This document shows, one piece after another, positions 55,032 through 64,000 of a stretch of 64,000 bases of DNA (position 1 is its first letter; each line of letters opens with the position of its first letter). The notes under the pieces are model-generated. The model did no database searches. It was not told where the DNA came from and was given only the letters and a program-made list of their open reading frames with translations. The position numbers were made by a program, and so were the translations under genes. Origin of the DNA: Phototrophicaceae bacterium (GTDB taxonomy: Bacteria; Chloroflexota; Anaerolineae; Aggregatilineales; Phototrophicaceae); assembly GCA_965203755.1 (NCBI GenBank), contig OZ241910.1, positions 1,309,287 through 1,373,286 on the forward strand, written 5' to 3'.

Positions 55032-56057
55032 CTAGTCAAAGCTCAATATGGCTTTGATGACGGCCTCGGCCGGGTCAAGCCAGGTGGGGAAATCGGCGGC
55101 GATGCTTTCGGGCGATGCGCGATGGGTAATCCAGGGATCCAGGTTGATGGCGCCGGCGCCCAAAGCGCTGATGACCTGGCTAAAGTCTTCGGCGGTGGCG
55201 TTGCGGCTGGCAATCAGTGACATCTCGCGCGAATGGAAATGCGGATCCCGAAATTTGAGCGCCCCTTTGATATGCCCGACCAGCACCAATGAACCGCCGT
55301 GGGCTACATAGTCAAAAGCGGCGTGCATCGACAGCGCGTTGCCGGTGCAGTCAAACACGAGCGTTGGCAATTCGCCGGCCAGCAAGCGGTCGATTTGCCC
55401 CTGCGGGTCCTTTCGGGCATCAACCAGCCGGTCCATGCCAAGGGCGTCAGCGCAAAACGCAAGCCGATTTTCATTGACTTCCATGACGATCACATCGGCG
55501 CCGGCGGCTTTGGCAAACTGGGCGGTCGCCATGCCAATCGGACCAGCGCCAATCACCAGCGCGTTTTCGCCGGCGGCGATGTCGGCGCGTTTGGCGGCAT
55601 GAGCGCCGATGCACAGCATTTCGACCAGCGCCAGCTGCTCCAGCGGGATGCCATCGGCTTTCAAGAGTTTATCCGCCGGCAGGATGAACTGTTCGCGCAG
55701 GCCGCCATCGACATGCACGCCCAAGACCTGCATCTGGGCGCAGCAGTTGGTTTTGCCGCGCCGACAGGCGATGCACGTTCCACAGTGCAGATACGGGATA
55801 ACGCAGCACAGGTCGCCGACTGTGCATGCCAGGCTGTGGCTGGTCTCGCCGATGGACAGGACTTCAACCGCCAGTTCGTGTCCCATGATGCGCGGATAGC
55901 TGAAGAAATTCTGATGGCCGCCAAAGGCATGCAAATCTGTGCCGCAGATGCCGACCCGCCTGACCCGCACCAGCGCCTCATCGCGCCCGACCGAGCCGGG
56001 CCAATCCACTTGTCTAAGTTTGAGTTGTCCGGGCTGTTCTAATACGATTGCCTTCAC
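55032..56057 (-). CDS. zinc-dependent MDR-family alcohol/polyol dehydrogenase
   Basis: GICGTDLH, the structural-zinc Cys cluster CGTCIACRRGKTNCC and GAGPIG (Rossmann). Confidence 0.85.
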   Translation of the reverse strand: MKAIVLEQPGQLKLRQVDWPGSVGRDEALVRVRRVGICGTDLHAFGGHQNFFSYPRIMGHELAVEVLSIGETSHSLACTVGDLCCVIPYLHCGTCIACRRGKTNCCAQMQVLGVHVDGGLREQFILPADKLLKADGIPLEQLALVEMLCIGAHAAKRADIAAGENALVIGAGPIGMATAQFAKAAGADVIVMEVNENRLAFCADALGMDRLVDARKDPQGQIDRLLAGELPTLVFDCTGNALSMHAAFDYVAHGGSLVLVGHIKGALKFRDPHFHSREMSLIASRNATAEDFSQVISALGAGAINLDPWITHRASPESIAADFPTWLDPAEAVIKAILSFD

Positions 56058-56234
56058 CAGATATTCTCCTCCATCCTATCACACCGACTGACAAAACCCG
56101 CTGGCAGTGTGGATGCCCATGCGAATTATACCGCAAGCTGGGCGATATCACCTCAGTTGCCGGCTGGATTCGCTTATGCTATATTCCCATTCCCTGATAT
56201 AAGTCCAGCGGAGCGGCATGATTTTGGATCCAGG

Positions 56235-56665
56235 ATGAAACGGGTTATTGTCAAGGATAAACAGCAGGCCGGCATCGTCAGCGGCAAAATCCCCAAAGCC
56301 AAAGAACTCGGCGCGGCGGCGACAAGTCGGTTGATTGCGCTGGCGCGGCGGCGGCGCATCGTCTGTGCATTGATGCCACTCGGCGCAAGGGGCAGGCTGC
56401 TTTTGTGGGTGAATGCAGCGACGACACCGTCTTACGCATTAGCCCCGATATGATTCGCAAAGGTTTGACCTTGATTGGCTCCTGGCATTATAACCTGGCC
56501 GATTCGCTGCGAATGATGGCCATGATTGCCGATATCGGCAATCAACTGGACCAGTTTATCAGCCACCGTTTTTCGATGGATGATATTCAGCAAGCCTGGG
56601 AAACCCAGCTTTCGGGTCAATGCGCCAAAGTGATTTTGAAGCCTTGGGAGGAACGCGATGTATAA
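56235..56665 (+). pseudogene. internally deleted, frameshifted MDR dehydrogenase
   Basis: About 25 N-terminal codons (MKRVIVKDKQQAGIV...) lie in one frame. The C-terminal ~115 aa (VDCAGAAAAHRL...KVILKPWE) lie in another. The catalytic and Rossmann core is missing. Confidence 0.6.
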
Positions 56666-57069
56666 ATCAGCCATTGCTGCCGTGAGCGGTCGCCGCGTCA
56701 GAGACAGATCAGCGCCGATGAGCTTGCCGCTTTTTTCAGGGACGGCTCATTGCGCTGTGAAGCTGCCCGCGCTATGCTTGAGACGATGGCTTAACCTGAC
56801 CGGAGGACGATCATGGGAAGACTAAAGGACAAGAACGTCAGCCTGGCGCCGCGCGTGAACATTAACCTGATTTCCATGGTGCCGACCCGCGAGTAAGCCA
56901 GCGGCGCATGGGCGGCTTTGAATCGGTGAGGCTGCTATGAGCGAACTGGCGATTTTTGTCAAACCGTGGCCAACGTTCCATCTTGCTATGCTCGCCTTAT
57001 CCACTTCGCATGTCATTGAATTGTACCCCTCTCCAGACAGAAACCGCTCCATGATATTGTTGGAACCGC

Positions 57070-57462
57070 TTACGATACGGTTTCCACATCGGCGGGCGCT
57101 TTGCCCATGACCCCTCTGCCTTCCAAAAAGCCCAGCATCCGCGCCTGTTCCTTCTCCACATTTTGCAAGCCTTCACCAAGACTCTTAACCTCGACCTGCA
57201 ACTGATCCAAGCGTCCGTCCATGCGATCCAGGCGCTCCTCAACACGGGCTTGCCGCTGTTCCAGCCGGCCCATGCGCTCATCAAGGCGCGTGATGCGGTC
57301 ATCCATGCGGTCAAAACGGTCGTTCATGCGGTCGCCCATGCGGTCAAAACGGTCGTTAATGCGGTCGCCCATGCGGTTAAACTGGCGAGTCACATAAACC
57401 ATCCCAGCCAAACCCAGACCCAGCGCCGCAACAAAAAACGCGCCAACTTGCAGCCAGTCCAT
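57070..57462 (-). CDS. TM-anchored hendecad/heptad coiled-coil protein, array copy 1 (130 aa)
   Basis: N-terminal TM WLQVGAFFVAALGLGLAGMVYV, then FNRMGDRINDR/FDRMGDRMNDR/FDRMDDRITRL 11-mers followed by heptads. Confidence 0.7.
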   Translation of the reverse strand: MDWLQVGAFFVAALGLGLAGMVYVTRQFNRMGDRINDRFDRMGDRMNDRFDRMDDRITRLDERMGRLEQRQARVEERLDRMDGRLDQLQVEVKSLGEGLQNVEKEQARMLGFLEGRGVMGKAPADVETVS

Positions 57463-57565
57463 CTCTTATCCAGCTTCTCCAATCATGTTCGCGATACTGC
57501 TTCAAGCGCAGCGCGATCCGCGCGCCATGCCAAGTTTCCCGCCCGTTGGCATCTACTGGAACCGC

Positions 57566-57925
57566 TTACGATACGGTTTCCACATCGGCAGGCGCTTTGC
57601 CCATGACCCCTCTGCCTTCCAAAAAGCCCAGCATACGCGCCTGTTCCTTCTCCACATTTTGCAAGCCTTCACCGAGACTCTTAACCTCGACCTGCAACTG
57701 ATCCAAGCGCCCGTCCATGCGATCCAGGCGCTCCTCGACACGGGCTTGCCGCTGTTCCAGCCGGCCCATGCGCTCATCAAGGCGCGTGATGAGGTCATCC
57801 ATGCGGTCAAAACGGTCGTTCATGCGGTCGCCCATGCGGTTAAACTGGCGAGTCACATAAACCATCCCAGCCAAACCCAGACCCAGCGCCGCAACAAAAA
57901 ACGCGCCAACTTGCAGCCAGTCCAT
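57566..57925 (-). CDS. array copy 2 (119 aa)
   Basis: Identical to copy 1 apart from one missing 11-aa module and a few substitutions. Confidence 0.7.
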   Translation of the reverse strand: MDWLQVGAFFVAALGLGLAGMVYVTRQFNRMGDRMNDRFDRMDDLITRLDERMGRLEQRQARVEERLDRMDGRLDQLQVEVKSLGEGLQNVEKEQARMLGFLEGRGVMGKAPADVETVS

Positions 57926-58028
57926 CTCTTATCCAGCTTCTCCAACCATGTTCGCGATACTGCTTCAAGTGCAGCGCGATCCGCGCGCCATGCCAAGTTT
58001 CCCGCCCGTTGGCATCTACTGGAACCGC

Positions 58029-58442
58029 TTACGATACGGTTTCCACATCGGCGGGCGCTTTGCCCATGACCCCTCTGCCTTCCAAAAAGCCCAGCATACG
58101 CGCCTGTTCCTTCTCCACATTTTGCAAGCCTTCACCGAGACTCTTAACCTCGACCTGCAACTGATCCAAGCGTCCATCCATGCGATCCAGACGTTCATCC
58201 ACGCGATCCAGGCGCTCCTCGACACGGGTTTGCCGCTGTTCCAGCCGGCCCATGCGCTCCTCAAGGCGCGTCATACGGACGTCTATGCGCTCCTCAAGGC
58301 GCGTCATGCGGTCATCCATACGGTCAAAACGGTCGTTAATGCGGTCGCCCATGCGGTTAAACTGGCGAGTCACATAAACCATCCCAGCCAAACCCAGACC
58401 CAGCGCCGCAACAAAAAACGCGCCAACTTGCAGCCAGTCCAT
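58029..58442 (-). CDS. array copy 3 (137 aa)
   Basis: Carries an extra IDVRMTRLEER (11 aa) relative to copy 4. It has DRVDERL (7 aa), which copies 1 and 2 lack. Confidence 0.7.
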   Translation of the reverse strand: MDWLQVGAFFVAALGLGLAGMVYVTRQFNRMGDRINDRFDRMDDRMTRLEERIDVRMTRLEERMGRLEQRQTRVEERLDRVDERLDRMDGRLDQLQVEVKSLGEGLQNVEKEQARMLGFLEGRGVMGKAPADVETVS

Positions 58443-58545
58443 CTCTTATCCAGCTTCTCCAATTATGTTCGCGATACTGCTTCAAGTGCAGCGCGGCCCG
58501 CGCGCCATGCCAAGTTTCCCGCCCGTTGGCATCTACTGAAACCGC

Positions 58546-58926
58546 TTACGATACGGTTTCCACATCGGCGGGCGCTTTGCCCATGACCCCTCTGCCTTCC
58601 AAAAAGCCCAGCATACGCGCCTGTTCCTTCTCCACATTTTGCAAGCCTTCACCAAGACTCTTAACCTCAACCTGCAACTGATCCAAGCGTCCGTCCATGC
58701 GATCCAGACGTTCATCCACGCGATCCAGGCGCTCCTCGACACGGGCTTGCCGCTGTTCCAGCCGGCCCATGCGCTCCTCAAGGCGCGTCATGCGGTCATC
58801 CATACGGTCAAAACGGTCGTTAATGCGGTCGCCCATGCGGTTAAACTGGCGAGTCACATAAACCATCCCAGCCAAACCCAGACCCAGCGCCGCAACAAAA
58901 AACGCGCCAACTTGCAGCCAGTCCAT
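58546..58926 (-). CDS. array copy 4 (126 aa)
   Basis: Same termini as the other copies. It lies immediately downstream of the Mo-oxidoreductase gene on the minus strand. Confidence 0.7.
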   Translation of the reverse strand: MDWLQVGAFFVAALGLGLAGMVYVTRQFNRMGDRINDRFDRMDDRMTRLEERMGRLEQRQARVEERLDRVDERLDRMDGRLDQLQVEVKSLGEGLQNVEKEQARMLGFLEGRGVMGKAPADVETVS

Positions 58927-59011
58927 CTTTTATCCAGCTTCTCCAACCATGTTTGCGATACCGCTTCAAGTGCAGCGCGACCCACGCGCCATGCCAAGTT
59001 CCCGCCGCAGA

Positions 59012-60694
59012 TTAAGCCTCGGCATCCGCGGCTTCGAGATCGGCAAACGCGGGCATGGACGCCCTCAAGGAATGCACGCCGGTCGCCCCATCGGGACGGG
59101 TGCCGCGGCTTTCCAGGCTTTGCAGGCTGCCATTGCCATCATAGGCGCGGACGGCAAACTTATGATCGCCTTCGGCAAAGCGCCAGTCATAACGCCAGAT
59201 GACCCAGGTCAGTTCGGACAGAGGCTGACGCAGCTGCGCCGCCTGCCAGTCGCCGTCATCGACGCTGACTTCGACGCCGGCAATCTGCTTGGCGCCGGCG
59301 TAAGCAATGCCGCCAATCGGCACGATGTACTCATCGCCGTCCGCCGCGATGGAATCAACGGCAGCCACATCCACCACAGAGACCGTGTTCACCATCGCTT
59401 CCACGCTCCAGCCACGGCGCACCCAATAGCCTTCTTGCCAGGCATCGACAAATTCGATGCTCTCAATCCACTTGGGCTGCTTCATGCCATAGCGGTCTGG
59501 AATGTAAATCCGCAGCGGGAAACCGTGTTTCTGCTTGAGCGGCTGATCATCCCACTCATAGGCGAACATAATGCGCTCATCGGCCGCAATCACATCCATC
59601 ATGACATACTCGTCGAAGTTGTCAGCGCCGGTGATTTTGAGGGCAACAGCGTCGGCCTGGGGCTGAACCAGGTCCAGGAAATCACTCATGCGGAAACCGG
59701 ACCACTTGGTGGTGCTGATAAGCGAGCCGCCGATGCGGTTGCTGATGCAGGACAGGGTAACGAAGCGGTCCACCCGCTCAAATTGGTCGTAGAGGTCTTG
59801 CAGCGACAGGCTCACCGGATTATCCACCAAACCGGTGACATCAAGCCGCCATTCGCTGGAGTTAATCACCGGCGGGCGCGAGCTAATATCAATGCGGTAA
59901 TGGTCATCGAGCGGGGTGTATTCGGGCCGGGTTCCCGGCGCCGGCTGCAAGTTATCGTCCATATTGGGCAAATCATCGGCAGCAGCCGCTTCAGGCGCAC
60001 CGGCGGCGGCTGGCTGGCTTTCCTCTGGACGATTGCCAAGCAAAGCGCCCAGACCGGCGCCAGCCACGGTCAGAGTGGCGCTTGCCCCGCCAACGCGCAC
60101 CATAAACTGACGGCGGTTGAGCGCGGTCACGGTCATGGCTTTATCGGTTTTCTCATCGACTTGGGTCTGCGCTTCGCTGTGCGCCAGCTGGCCGTAGATC
60201 CAATTTGCCGCTGCGCCCCAGCCGATGAAGACCAGCAAGACCCAGGCCGACTGCACGGCAAAAGGCGCGGTCGCTGTCACATTGACTTGGCTCGAAATCA
60301 GCAGCATGAATACGCCGAAGCCCAATCCCAGCGCGATGCCGGGATACAGATTGCCGGCGCGGGCCCGACGGCGGTTCAACAGCCCATAAAAGAGCGCGGT
60401 CGCGACCAAGCCCAAAACCAGGAAGCCCCCCAGCCCCATCAGCTGCTCGGCGGTTTTGGCGGCGGTGGAGGTTTCGCCCAGGTCAAAGGCAATAATAATG
60501 TCCACCATGATATCGATGCCGAAGGTCAAGAGCGCCCCGGGCAGATTCCGCGATACAAAGTCAAAGACATCAAAGGGGATAAACGGCAGACCCGCGATTT
60601 GGTCAGCTGCGAACAAGAGCGCCATCAGCGCCGGGGTGAGCAAAGCGCCGACGGCGGCGCCCAGCCACATAGAGGGTTTTTTGATATTTTCCAT
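59012..60694 (-). CDS. molybdopterin-dependent oxidoreductase (sulfite-oxidase/MsrP-like fold) fused to N-terminal polytopic membrane domain
   Basis: C-terminal part FVTLSCISNRIGG...GFPLRIYIPDRYGMKQPKWI is Oxidored_molyb-like. There is an internal NRRQFMVRVGG twin-arginine-like motif. Confidence 0.75.
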   Translation of the reverse strand: MENIKKPSMWLGAAVGALLTPALMALLFAADQIAGLPFIPFDVFDFVSRNLPGALLTFGIDIMVDIIIAFDLGETSTAAKTAEQLMGLGGFLVLGLVATALFYGLLNRRRARAGNLYPGIALGLGFGVFMLLISSQVNVTATAPFAVQSAWVLLVFIGWGAAANWIYGQLAHSEAQTQVDEKTDKAMTVTALNRRQFMVRVGGASATLTVAGAGLGALLGNRPEESQPAAAGAPEAAAADDLPNMDDNLQPAPGTRPEYTPLDDHYRIDISSRPPVINSSEWRLDVTGLVDNPVSLSLQDLYDQFERVDRFVTLSCISNRIGGSLISTTKWSGFRMSDFLDLVQPQADAVALKITGADNFDEYVMMDVIAADERIMFAYEWDDQPLKQKHGFPLRIYIPDRYGMKQPKWIESIEFVDAWQEGYWVRRGWSVEAMVNTVSVVDVAAVDSIAADGDEYIVPIGGIAYAGAKQIAGVEVSVDDGDWQAAQLRQPLSELTWVIWRYDWRFAEGDHKFAVRAYDGNGSLQSLESRGTRPDGATGVHSLRASMPAFADLEAADAEA

Positions 60695-60804
60695 GATCTT
60701 CTACTCCTAAATAAAAACAGGCGCTTACAGTATAATATAGAATAAGCGGGAAACATATTGCAGCCAGATCACAATGTTCCCGATTGCTCCCAAAGCCAAG
60801 GCTG

Positions 60805-61116
60805 TCAAGGTTTCGAGGTTTGATACGGGCGGTATTCCTGCTTCTTGAGACCTTCAATGGCCGATTCAGCCGTGAAGCGGTCTACATCAGCCGCATTCAT
60901 CAGCCTTTGCAGCGCCTCGTCATATCGTTCGGCGCGGACAAGCTCCCGCAATTCGGCGGTATCCAGTCGCGGGTCCATGAGCGACAACGGCCGGCGCAGA
61001 CGGCCGGCAGAACGGACTTTGCGTTTGTCATCCACCTGCATAAATTGATGCATGCCAACCAGAAAAAAGGCGCTCATCATCAAAAGATTGCAACTGATGA
61101 ATAACAGGATGTCCAT
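60805..61116 (-). CDS. hypothetical small membrane protein
   Basis: 103 aa with an N-terminal TM helix. No family was recognised. Confidence 0.4.
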   Translation of the reverse strand: MDILLFISCNLLMMSAFFLVGMHQFMQVDDKRKVRSAGRLRRPLSLMDPRLDTAELRELVRAERYDEALQRLMNAADVDRFTAESAIEGLKKQEYRPYQTSKP

Positions 61117-61382
61117 CTGCGTCCTCCCGCGCTGGATGATGCCGGGCAGACTGCGTCCTTGCCTTCGCTGCCAAAGGAATCAATGTTTATCTCTGCCCTC
61201 CATTATATCCAATAACCATCAGGCGGCTACAATGAACATCGTATCATAATTTGGTGAACGTCTTGCCAGCGCAGCGCGCTTCATTATGATCATTGGACGA
61301 CGGTTTCATTCACCATCAGGCGACTTTCTGCTACAATAATCGTTAGCCGCGAGGAAAAGGAAAAAAGGAGACCGCGAGGAGC

Positions 61383-62846
61383 ATGACTTTGCAGATATTC
61401 AACGTGCTTGGGCGCGAAAAACAGGAGTTCAAAGCCATTGATGAAGGGCGCGTCGGCATGTATGTCTGTGGCCCAACGGTGTATGACCATTCGCATTTGG
61501 GGCATGCCAAAACCTATGTGTCCTTTGATGTGATTGTGCGCTATCTGCGTTACCGCGGCCTGGATGTGCTTTATGTTCAGAATATCACCGATGTCGGTCA
61601 TCTCCAGGCGGATGAAGAGGATAAGGTGCTGGTCCGGGCGGCGCAGCTGAATGCTCGGCCGATGCAGATTGTGGAAACCTATGCCCGCAGTTATTTTGAA
61701 GATATGGACGCGCTGGGGGTGGTTCGGCCGGACATTTCGCCCCGCGCCAGCGCGCATGTGCCGGAACAAATCGAAATGATCGCGACGCTGATCGCCAGCG
61801 AAAACGCCTATGCGGCCGATGGCAATGTCTATTTTGATGTGACCCGTCATCCTGACTATGGCAAGCTGTCCAATCGGCGGCTTCAAGACCAGCAGGATGA
61901 ATCCCGCGAGCTTGTCGGCAGCGGCAAACGTCATCCAGCCGATTTCGCGCTCTGGAAAAAGGCAGACCCCAAGCACATCCTGCGCTGGAACAGCCCTTGG
62001 GGCGCGGGATTCCCCGGCTGGCATATTGAATGCTCGGCGATGGCGCGCAAGTACCTGGGCGCCAACTTTGACATTCACGGCGGCGGCATCGACAACATCT
62101 ATCCGCATAATGAAAATGAAATCGCTCAAAGTGAATGCGCCAACGGCGAGCCCTTTGCCAATTACTGGATGCTGACCGGCAGCCTGAATGTACTTGATCC
62201 TCTGGAAGGGGTCCCGGTCAAGATGAGCAAGTCGCTGGGAAACTTCGTTACGGTCAAGGATGCCCTGCAAGCCTATCGCCCGCAGGAACTGCGTTACTTC
62301 CTCCTGACATCTCATTACAGCAGCGCGGTGGTCTACAGTGAAGATTCACTGGCTTCTGCCAAATCGGGCTGGGAGCGGCTGATGAATGCGGTTCGTCTGA
62401 CCCGACAGCAGATGAACTATGCCGTCGAAAGCGACGCTGGCAGCGGCTTCCGCCAACGGCTGGAAAAAGCGAAAACCGCCTTCGGCGAAGTGATGGACGA
62501 TGACTTCAATTCGCCGCGGGCGATTGCCGTCTTGCAGGATTTGACCCGCGATGTCAATACGCTGCTGAACAGCGACGCCGAGCTTGGTCTGTCGACGCTG
62601 GCGGCGATTAACGAGACTTATACCGACATCGGCGGCGATGTCTTGGGTTTGGTGCCGGCGGTTGAAGCCGCCGAAAGGGATAACGGGCAGCGCGAAGCCG
62701 GGCTGATTCAGATTTTGATCGAACTGCGGGCGCAGGCGCGGGCGGACAAGGATTATGCCCGCAGCGATCACATTCGCGACCAACTGGCTGGGCTGGGGAT
62801 TGCCTTGGAAGACCGCGCCGATGGAACGATTTGGAAATTGGGGTAA
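61383..62846 (+). CDS. cysS: cysteine--tRNA ligase
   Basis: [16 protein letters not shown] (HIGH region) and KMSKSLGN. 487 aa. Confidence 0.95.
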   Translation: MTLQIFNVLGREKQEFKAIDEGRVGMYVCGPTVYDHSHLGHAKTYVSFDVIVRYLRYRGLDVLYVQNITDVGHLQADEEDKVLVRAAQLNARPMQIVETYARSYFEDMDALGVVRPDISPRASAHVPEQIEMIATLIASENAYAADGNVYFDVTRHPDYGKLSNRRLQDQQDESRELVGSGKRHPADFALWKKADPKHILRWNSPWGAGFPGWHIECSAMARKYLGANFDIHGGGIDNIYPHNENEIAQSECANGEPFANYWMLTGSLNVLDPLEGVPVKMSKSLGNFVTVKDALQAYRPQELRYFLLTSHYSSAVVYSEDSLASAKSGWERLMNAVRLTRQQMNYAVESDAGSGFRQRLEKAKTAFGEVMDDDFNSPRAIAVLQDLTRDVNTLLNSDAELGLSTLAAINETYTDIGGDVLGLVPAVEAAERDNGQREAGLIQILIELRAQARADKDYARSDHIRDQLAGLGIALEDRADGTIWKLG

Positions 62847-62950
62847 GGTGGGTTAAATTGTGTTTGTCCTCACAAATATGGGGCAAACCGCGCCGGCGGC
62901 GTTTTTGCGCGCGCACCTTATTTTCCCTGCCAACGGGGGGTAGGCCTCGT

Positions 62951-63712
62951 ATGCCGGAATTTTTGTACGGACACTGGGCGGTCATTGAGGCGATGCGTTC
63001 GGGTCGCCGGCGGCTGGATGCGCTTATGGTTCACGAACGCGCCGAAAGACGCGGCTCGGTTGGCGAGACTATGAGCATGGCTGAAGAATTGAACGTTCCG
63101 ATTCAACGGGTGCAGCGGCGTATTCTCGATGACCTGGCGAACCGCGGGAATCATCAGGGTTTGGTCATGCGCGTGGGCCCCTATCCTTATTGCCATCTGG
63201 AGGATATTCTTGACACGGCCGCCAAGCGCCGCGAAAAGCCCTTCATCCTGCTGCTGGATTTGTTAAAAGACCCGCAAAATGTCGGCGCCTTGATTCGGGT
63301 CAGTGATGCCGTTGGCGTCCATGGCATTGTGATTCAAGAGCGGCGCAGCGTTGCCGTGACTCCGTCGGTGGTCAAGGCCTCGTCCGGGGCGGTTGAGCAT
63401 ATTCATGTGGCGCAAGTGACCAATCTGGTCAATGCGATGAGAGAACTGAAAAGCCAGGACATCTGGCTGGTGGGGCTCGACGTGGGGCCCAATATCCCGG
63501 CGCTCGACAAAACCGACCTCAGCATGGCGCTGGGCTTGGTTATGGGGAGCGAGGGCGAGGGACTGCGCCGGCTGGTGCGGGATACCTGTGATTTGCTGCT
63601 GACCCTTCCCATGCGCGGCAAAGTGGGCAGCTTGAATGTGGCTACCGCCGGCGCGGTGGCGCTCTATTCAGCCTGGGGCGCCCGCGCATGGGAAGGCTGG
63701 GTTCACGCCTAG
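62951..63712 (+). CDS. rlmB: TrmH/SpoU-family 23S rRNA 2'-O-ribose methyltransferase (RlmB-like)
   Basis: SpoU substrate-binding N-terminal region, then DPQNVGALIRVSDA, GSEGEGL and SLNVATA motifs. It lies downstream of cysS, as in many genomes. Confidence 0.8.
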   Translation: MPEFLYGHWAVIEAMRSGRRRLDALMVHERAERRGSVGETMSMAEELNVPIQRVQRRILDDLANRGNHQGLVMRVGPYPYCHLEDILDTAAKRREKPFILLLDLLKDPQNVGALIRVSDAVGVHGIVIQERRSVAVTPSVVKASSGAVEHIHVAQVTNLVNAMRELKSQDIWLVGLDVGPNIPALDKTDLSMALGLVMGSEGEGLRRLVRDTCDLLLTLPMRGKVGSLNVATAGAVALYSAWGARAWEGWVHA

Positions 63713-63820
63713 GTATCCCTATTTGTCCATGAAGTTGGAAATTGCGCGATAAGTATGATATCATATTCATACAGTGTATATGATTGGCGCAGGCTGCGCC
63801 GATGATGGGGGGATGGGTTA

Positions 63821-64000
63821 TGAGCGAGCAGCCGATAAACGAGCGCGACCGCACGTTGGGCAAACTGGAAGGCAAAATGGAATCGCTGGCGACAAAAGAT
63901 TTTGTGCGCGAGCAGAACGCGGAACTTAGCCGACAAATTGCACAGCAAACAAAAGAACTACAGGAAGCCATTGAAAGTATTAACGAGAAAGTGGAAGGCG
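63821..64000 (+). CDS. coiled-coil protein, 3'-truncated by window edge
   Basis: ATG after GGGGGGA, translating to MSEQPINERDRTLGKLEGKMESLATKDFVREQNAELSRQIAQQTKELQEAIESINEKVEG, open to the window end. Confidence 0.35.

Larger units (their letters stand above)
57064..59003. repeat. four-unit head-to-tail tandem gene array (units 496, 463, 517 and ~460 bp)
   Basis: ggaaccgcttacgatacggtttccacatcggc recurs at about 57064, 57557, 58020 and 58537. Each unit is one CDS plus a ~103-bp conserved spacer. Confidence 0.9.

Noticed and set aside
57064-59003. The periodic repeats might have been a CRISPR array.
   Set aside because: The repeat period is 463-517 bp and each unit is a complete protein-coding gene with an RBS. 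There are no short 25-40-bp repeats with unique spacers, and no cas genes occur in the window.
61117-61382. Possible T-box riboswitch upstream of cysS.
   Set aside because: aatttggtgaacgtc only weakly resembles the T-box core (AAnnnGGGTGGTACCGCG). I could not find a stem I with GA/AGAGA motifs, a UGC specifier in a suitable loop, or a terminator/antiterminator pair. An Infernal scan is needed to settle it.
63762-63773. The perfect 12-bp palindrome TATGATATCATA upstream of the truncated coiled-coil ORF as an operator.
   Set aside because: It is a single AT-rich palindrome containing -10-like hexamers on both strands, and nothing else in the window matches it. That is insufficient to call a regulatory site.

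Overview
64 kb of high-GC (roughly 55-60% by eye) bacterial chromosome, densely coded on both strands. The gene content suggests Chloroflexota or a related Terrabacteria lineage, which is an inference: a CSLREA/beta-helix secreted protein, an F420-type LLM oxidoreductase, the histidine-phosphatase/DUF3090/SCO1664 triad and a GAAC-N4-GTTC SOS box. Most of the window is housekeeping and transport: a peptide ABC system, a sugar ABC system, gnd, cysS, rlmB, pdxT, ogt and cell-envelope glycosyltransferases. Four accessory regions stand out. (1) A lower-GC restriction-modification island at 10.5-15.9 kb holds a compact M+HNH-REase operon and a head-to-head pair of paralogous beta-class DNA methyltransferases. 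One is fused to a C-terminal Mrr-like PD-(D/E)xK domain and the other to an HNH domain, and a duplicated promoter/leader element sits in the island. Six DNA MTase genes lie within 31 kb overall. (2) A tRNA-Lys/tRNA-Gly-bounded island at 40.2-47.2 kb carries an effector-less NB-ARC/TPR STAND NTPase and a decayed phage tail-fibre/lysis module. (3) A four-copy tandem array at 57.06-59.0 kb encodes membrane-anchored hendecad/heptad coiled-coil proteins that differ only by exact 11-aa and 7-aa modules. (4) A stand-alone LexA DNA-binding domain gene is preceded by a perfect-armed SOS box. Other oddities are a divergent GroEL paralog with a degenerate ATP site at the end of the sugar ABC operon, an extremely acidic protein, a TIR-like membrane protein and an internally deleted dehydrogenase pseudogene. 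No rRNA, CRISPR array, transposase or integrase was seen.
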